From: Octopus sinensis
Taxonomy: Eukaryota
Direction of reading: 5' to 3'
DNA: 64,000 bases
Assembly (NCBI RefSeq): GCF_006345805.1
Contig: NC_043006.1
Coordinates: forward strand, 101,556,001-101,620,000
The first letter of the stretch is position 1. Every line of letters starts with the position of its first letter. The notes beneath the pieces are model-generated. The model saw only the letters and a list, made by a program, of their open reading frames with translations, did not search any database and was not told the origin of the DNA. Position numbers and translations under genes: made by a program. Positions 63,809 to 64,000 of the stretch are shown one piece after another.

Positions 63809-64000
63809 TCCTTATATATAAAAGTGAAGTTGTGTGTCTGTCTCCTACGATTTAGATTCCTAACTACTCCCACATTTTGCGGTGCAGTGTAACCAAAAGC
63901 GGGTATCTTATAGTCGTGATTCATATCGAGCCCTTCTGGGTATTAGCGTACGTCTACGATGAGTCTACGATTAAAAAAAAAAATTTTCCATCATTTTCCC
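63809..64000 (+). mobile_element. Probable Helitron 5' end (young, runs out of window)
   Basis: A|TC start followed by cttatatataaaag and gtgtgtctgtct, as in non-autonomous Helitron 5' termini; CpG-rich versus flanks. The 3' end is not in the window. Confidence 0.5.

Overview
AT-rich, microsatellite-saturated eukaryotic DNA. The SINE repertoire and repeat density point to an octopus (cephalopod) genome; this is an inference, not a database result. No complete protein-coding gene, rRNA, true tRNA or CRISPR array can be supported. Nearly all ORFs in the track come from microsatellites or repeats. The window is dominated by mobile DNA: two near-full-length decayed mariner transposons (4596-5880, 52658-53892); a fold-back mariner derivative; R4/Dong-type and RTE-X-type LINE fragments; about 30 SINE copies from at least four families; TTAA/piggyBac-like MITEs; a probable Helitron 5' end; and two Penelope-like element (PLE) remnants. 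The most interesting signals are RNA-structural. (i) A 148-bp, 2-mismatch inverted repeat (25526-25839) carries a minimal type I hammerhead ribozyme fold in each arm, and the two core variants (CCGAAGA, TTGAAGA) reconstruct to canonical CTGAAGA. (ii) A second, different hammerhead (32537-32582) lies downstream of a PLE GIY-YIG endonuclease remnant nested in a SINE/mariner stack. (iii) Two overlapping hairpins plus a third arm copy lie at 12.0-13.1 kb. There are also unusual tandem arrays, a ~200-bp TSD-like duplication of a mariner end, and low-confidence host-gene signals (candidate bidirectional promoter at 28.1 kb; candidate exons at 116-211, 48240-48427 and 49501-49809).
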